A stretch of DNA of 63,639 nucleotides, filler included, from Pelomyxa schiedti (taxonomy: Eukaryota > Protista > Evosea): the NCBI GenBank assembly GCA_020536535.1. It is 6 parts of 6 records of this genome, joined end to end, with 100 filler letters (N's around TTAATTAATTAA, not from the genome) between each part and the next. Parts side by side here need not be neighbours in the genome. Positions count along the whole stretch, not along the records: positions 60,620 to 63,639 come from JAHLWZ010000622.1; 5 more parts are not named here. The stretch is one strand, 5' to 3'. Shown here piece by piece: positions 61,625-63,639 of the stretch (the stretch's first letter is position 1; every line of letters begins with the position of its first letter). Under the pieces are notes generated by a model, which worked only from the letters and a program-made list of their open reading frames with translations, searched no databases and was not told the origin of the DNA. The position numbers and the translations under genes are program-made.

Positions 61625-62140
61625 ACTAATGCAAGATATCGCCAAATTCGCCGCTGTTACGTCGGTTGGTTGCCATTGTGGGTGCTTGTCGAGTGCATTT
61701 GGAAGAGGCCTGAGAGGAGGCTCGTGGTCACGATGGAAGACAACAACGAGAGCCAGGAGTGCTTCTTCTTCAGTGCGAGTTGGACACTTGGGATCGTGAT
61801 GAAGCCTGTGTATGTCACCATGGATGACAGGTGCGTCGGCTGGCTTGGTGGGATGAACTTCCTCACATTTGATTCTGATGGACTCAGTGCGTGGAAAGCC
61901 TTGCACACTGAGGGCACTGCCGNNNNNNNNNNNNNNNNNNNNNNNNNNNNNNNNNNNNNNNNNNNNNNNNNNNNNNNNNNNNNNNNNNNNNNNNNNNNNN
62001 NNNNNNNNNNNNNNNNNNNNNNATTCTCTCCCAGATTTGATTTCATCATCAACCCCTTCTTCATTGCCACCACGCCCTGAAACATCCTCCTGCTTTGACA
62101 AAGTAACTCCATGCCACGTTCACCGTTCTTCACCAGGAGC
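61625..62140 (+). pseudogene. 'SxTLG'-family copy, partial/deleted, spans N gap
   Basis: Near-identical to 62370-62672 but lacks the QWVMR segment; remnant DKVTPCHVHR after the gap. Confidence 0.6.
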
Positions 62141-62355
62141 TGTCGGATTGAGAGAAAAAAACAAGTTTGACACAAGTGAGTGATCTTGGGAAACACATGC
62201 AACTTGCTGGTGGCACACCCGGCTATGGCAATACGCTATGGGCCGAGGAACAAATCCTTCAGTTGCTCGCAGCCAAACCCCCACCACGACGCCGCAGCAA
62301 GACAAAAACAACGGCAAAGAAACCCGACAGCAGCCCCACAACAACAAACTGTCGG

Positions 62356-63570
62356 ATGGCTGTTGCCTACGCAAGAGATCGCCAAACTCGCCGCTGTTAC
62401 GTCGGTTGGTTGCCATTGTGGGTGCTGGTCGAGTGCATTGGGAAACAATGGGTGATGAGGCCAGAGAGGAGGATCGTGGTCACGATGGAAGACAACAACG
62501 AGAGCCAGGAGTGCTTCTTCTTCAGTGTGAGCTGGACACTTGGGATCGTGAGTAAGCCTGTGTATGTCACCATGGATGACAGGTGCGTCGGCTGGCTTGG
62601 TGGGATGAACTTCCTCACATTTGATTCTGATGGACTCAGTGCGTGGAAAGCCTTGCACACTGAGGGCACTGCCGAGTGCATTTCATCATGGAAAATGCAA
62701 GTGAGAAAGGTGTGCTGCAATCAGAGGTGGGTTGTCGTGGCTGGGAGTTACTGTGAGATGTCTGGACTGTTTGTGTCCACTGTGGAGAATTGCCAGCCCA
62801 ACTGTAGACAAGGGAGCTTCTTGAGGTATCCATGGATTGATGGAGTTCTGTCACTTCGGTTCCTGTGTTTCTCAGAGTATGAATGTGAATCTTCTGTTGT
62901 GGAAGCAATCTACGCTGAGAAAAGAGGCTCCTCTGAGTTTGTTTGTGTGGAACACATCAACCTGAGCACTGAGACGAGTGTATCATCTCAATTGGTTTGT
63001 GAGTGCGAGCTTCCAGAGATACCGTTCGGCGGCATCAGCACACCTCTTGTGAACAGGGCTGATGGTACTTATTACTTGCTAAACGGCAGCAGCACATTGT
63101 TACCACAGTTGCTGGTTCTGAACACTGGGAAAACCTTCGACATGCACGGACATGAGGCTGTTGATGAAATGCACTTTGCAACACTCAGTGAGCAACCAAC
63201 AGAGGTGCCAGTGTATTCGCTTACAGAGCTGCCTTTTGACAAGGCCACTCCCTGTCACGTTCACCGATTTGCACCTGGAACCAGGGTGAATGTTGGTTGT
63301 GGGATGGTCATTTCCAGTTCCGTCTCAATCCTCCATCATTTTCCACAAAATAAGCCAAGGCTCTCAGAAGCTGCTGTGTTCCCTCTGTCATAACATGAGT
63401 TTGACTCCCCTCACATTCACGTGGAGCACCATTTCACAGACGCAACAACAGGCACACTTCTGTTCACCATGACAAAATGGTCGTCGTGCCACCTCCCAAC
63501 TGAAATACAAGCTGTCCCTTCCCCTCTCCTTTGTGAAGAAAACAAATTGTCCCCTACTTGTGAAAATTGA
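62356..63570 (+). CDS. 'SxTLG'-family protein with in-frame TAA at 63391-63393
   Basis: MAVAYARD..WLPLWVLVECIGKQWVMRPERR..SWTLGIV..CNQRWVV; the frame stays open 59 codons past the TAA (..FTDATTGTLLFTM..) to TGA 63570. Confidence 0.7.
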
Positions 63571-63639
63571 CCCCTTCACTGACATGCAACGTCATGAAGA
63601 CAGAGGCTTCTACTGCTATGTTGTGACGTCCCAGGAAGA

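Noticed and set aside
1-63639. CRISPR arrays, rRNA, intact transposase/RT genes, alternative genetic code
   Set aside because: No repeat-spacer arrays, rRNA or catalytic transposase/RT motifs seen; in-frame stops in conserved genes are explained by short introns.

Overview
Eukaryotic, gene-dense, intron-rich genomic DNA read with the standard code. It has many short GT-AG introns (mostly ~40-55 nt) and very short intergenic spacers. Gene content and style suggest an amoebozoan, plausibly an archamoeba such as Pelomyxa (inference from memory, not searched). The window is not contiguous: five artificial N-TTAATTAATTAA-N linkers split it into six pieces (1-20183, 20284-40420, 40521-57555, 57656-58777, 58878-60519, 60620-63639), and six 100-N scaffold gaps are present, several flanked by duplicated sequence. 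Spliced genes reconstructed by hand: RING/TRAF zinc finger, membrane DUF229/alkaline-phosphatase-superfamily protein, ALIX/Bro1, CH-domain + ankyrin protein (21 introns), ALG3, BTB-BACK-SPRY, a degenerate Ras-superfamily GTPase, OSCP1 (partial), a tyrosine-kinase-like kinase, a giant SPRY-HECT E3 ligase, a VIT-VWA-TPR-DUF2135 protein, papain-family proteases (three loci), F-box proteins, a Rab fragment and a Sel1 protein. There are also several members of two expanded, nearly intronless families ('SRVVWD' ankyrin-like and 'SxTLG' beta-rich). Most striking observations: (1) the exact actin C-terminal peptide SKEEYDESGPSIVHRKCF embedded in frame, split by an intron, inside the bacterial-type VIT-DUF2135 protein; (2) duplicated cysteine proteases that differ almost only by non-synonymous changes, including Ser/Asp at the S2-pocket specificity position; (3) a head-to-head pair of the two expanded families 45 bp apart; (4) a CpG-free ~210-nt fold-back made by inverted duplication of an exon.
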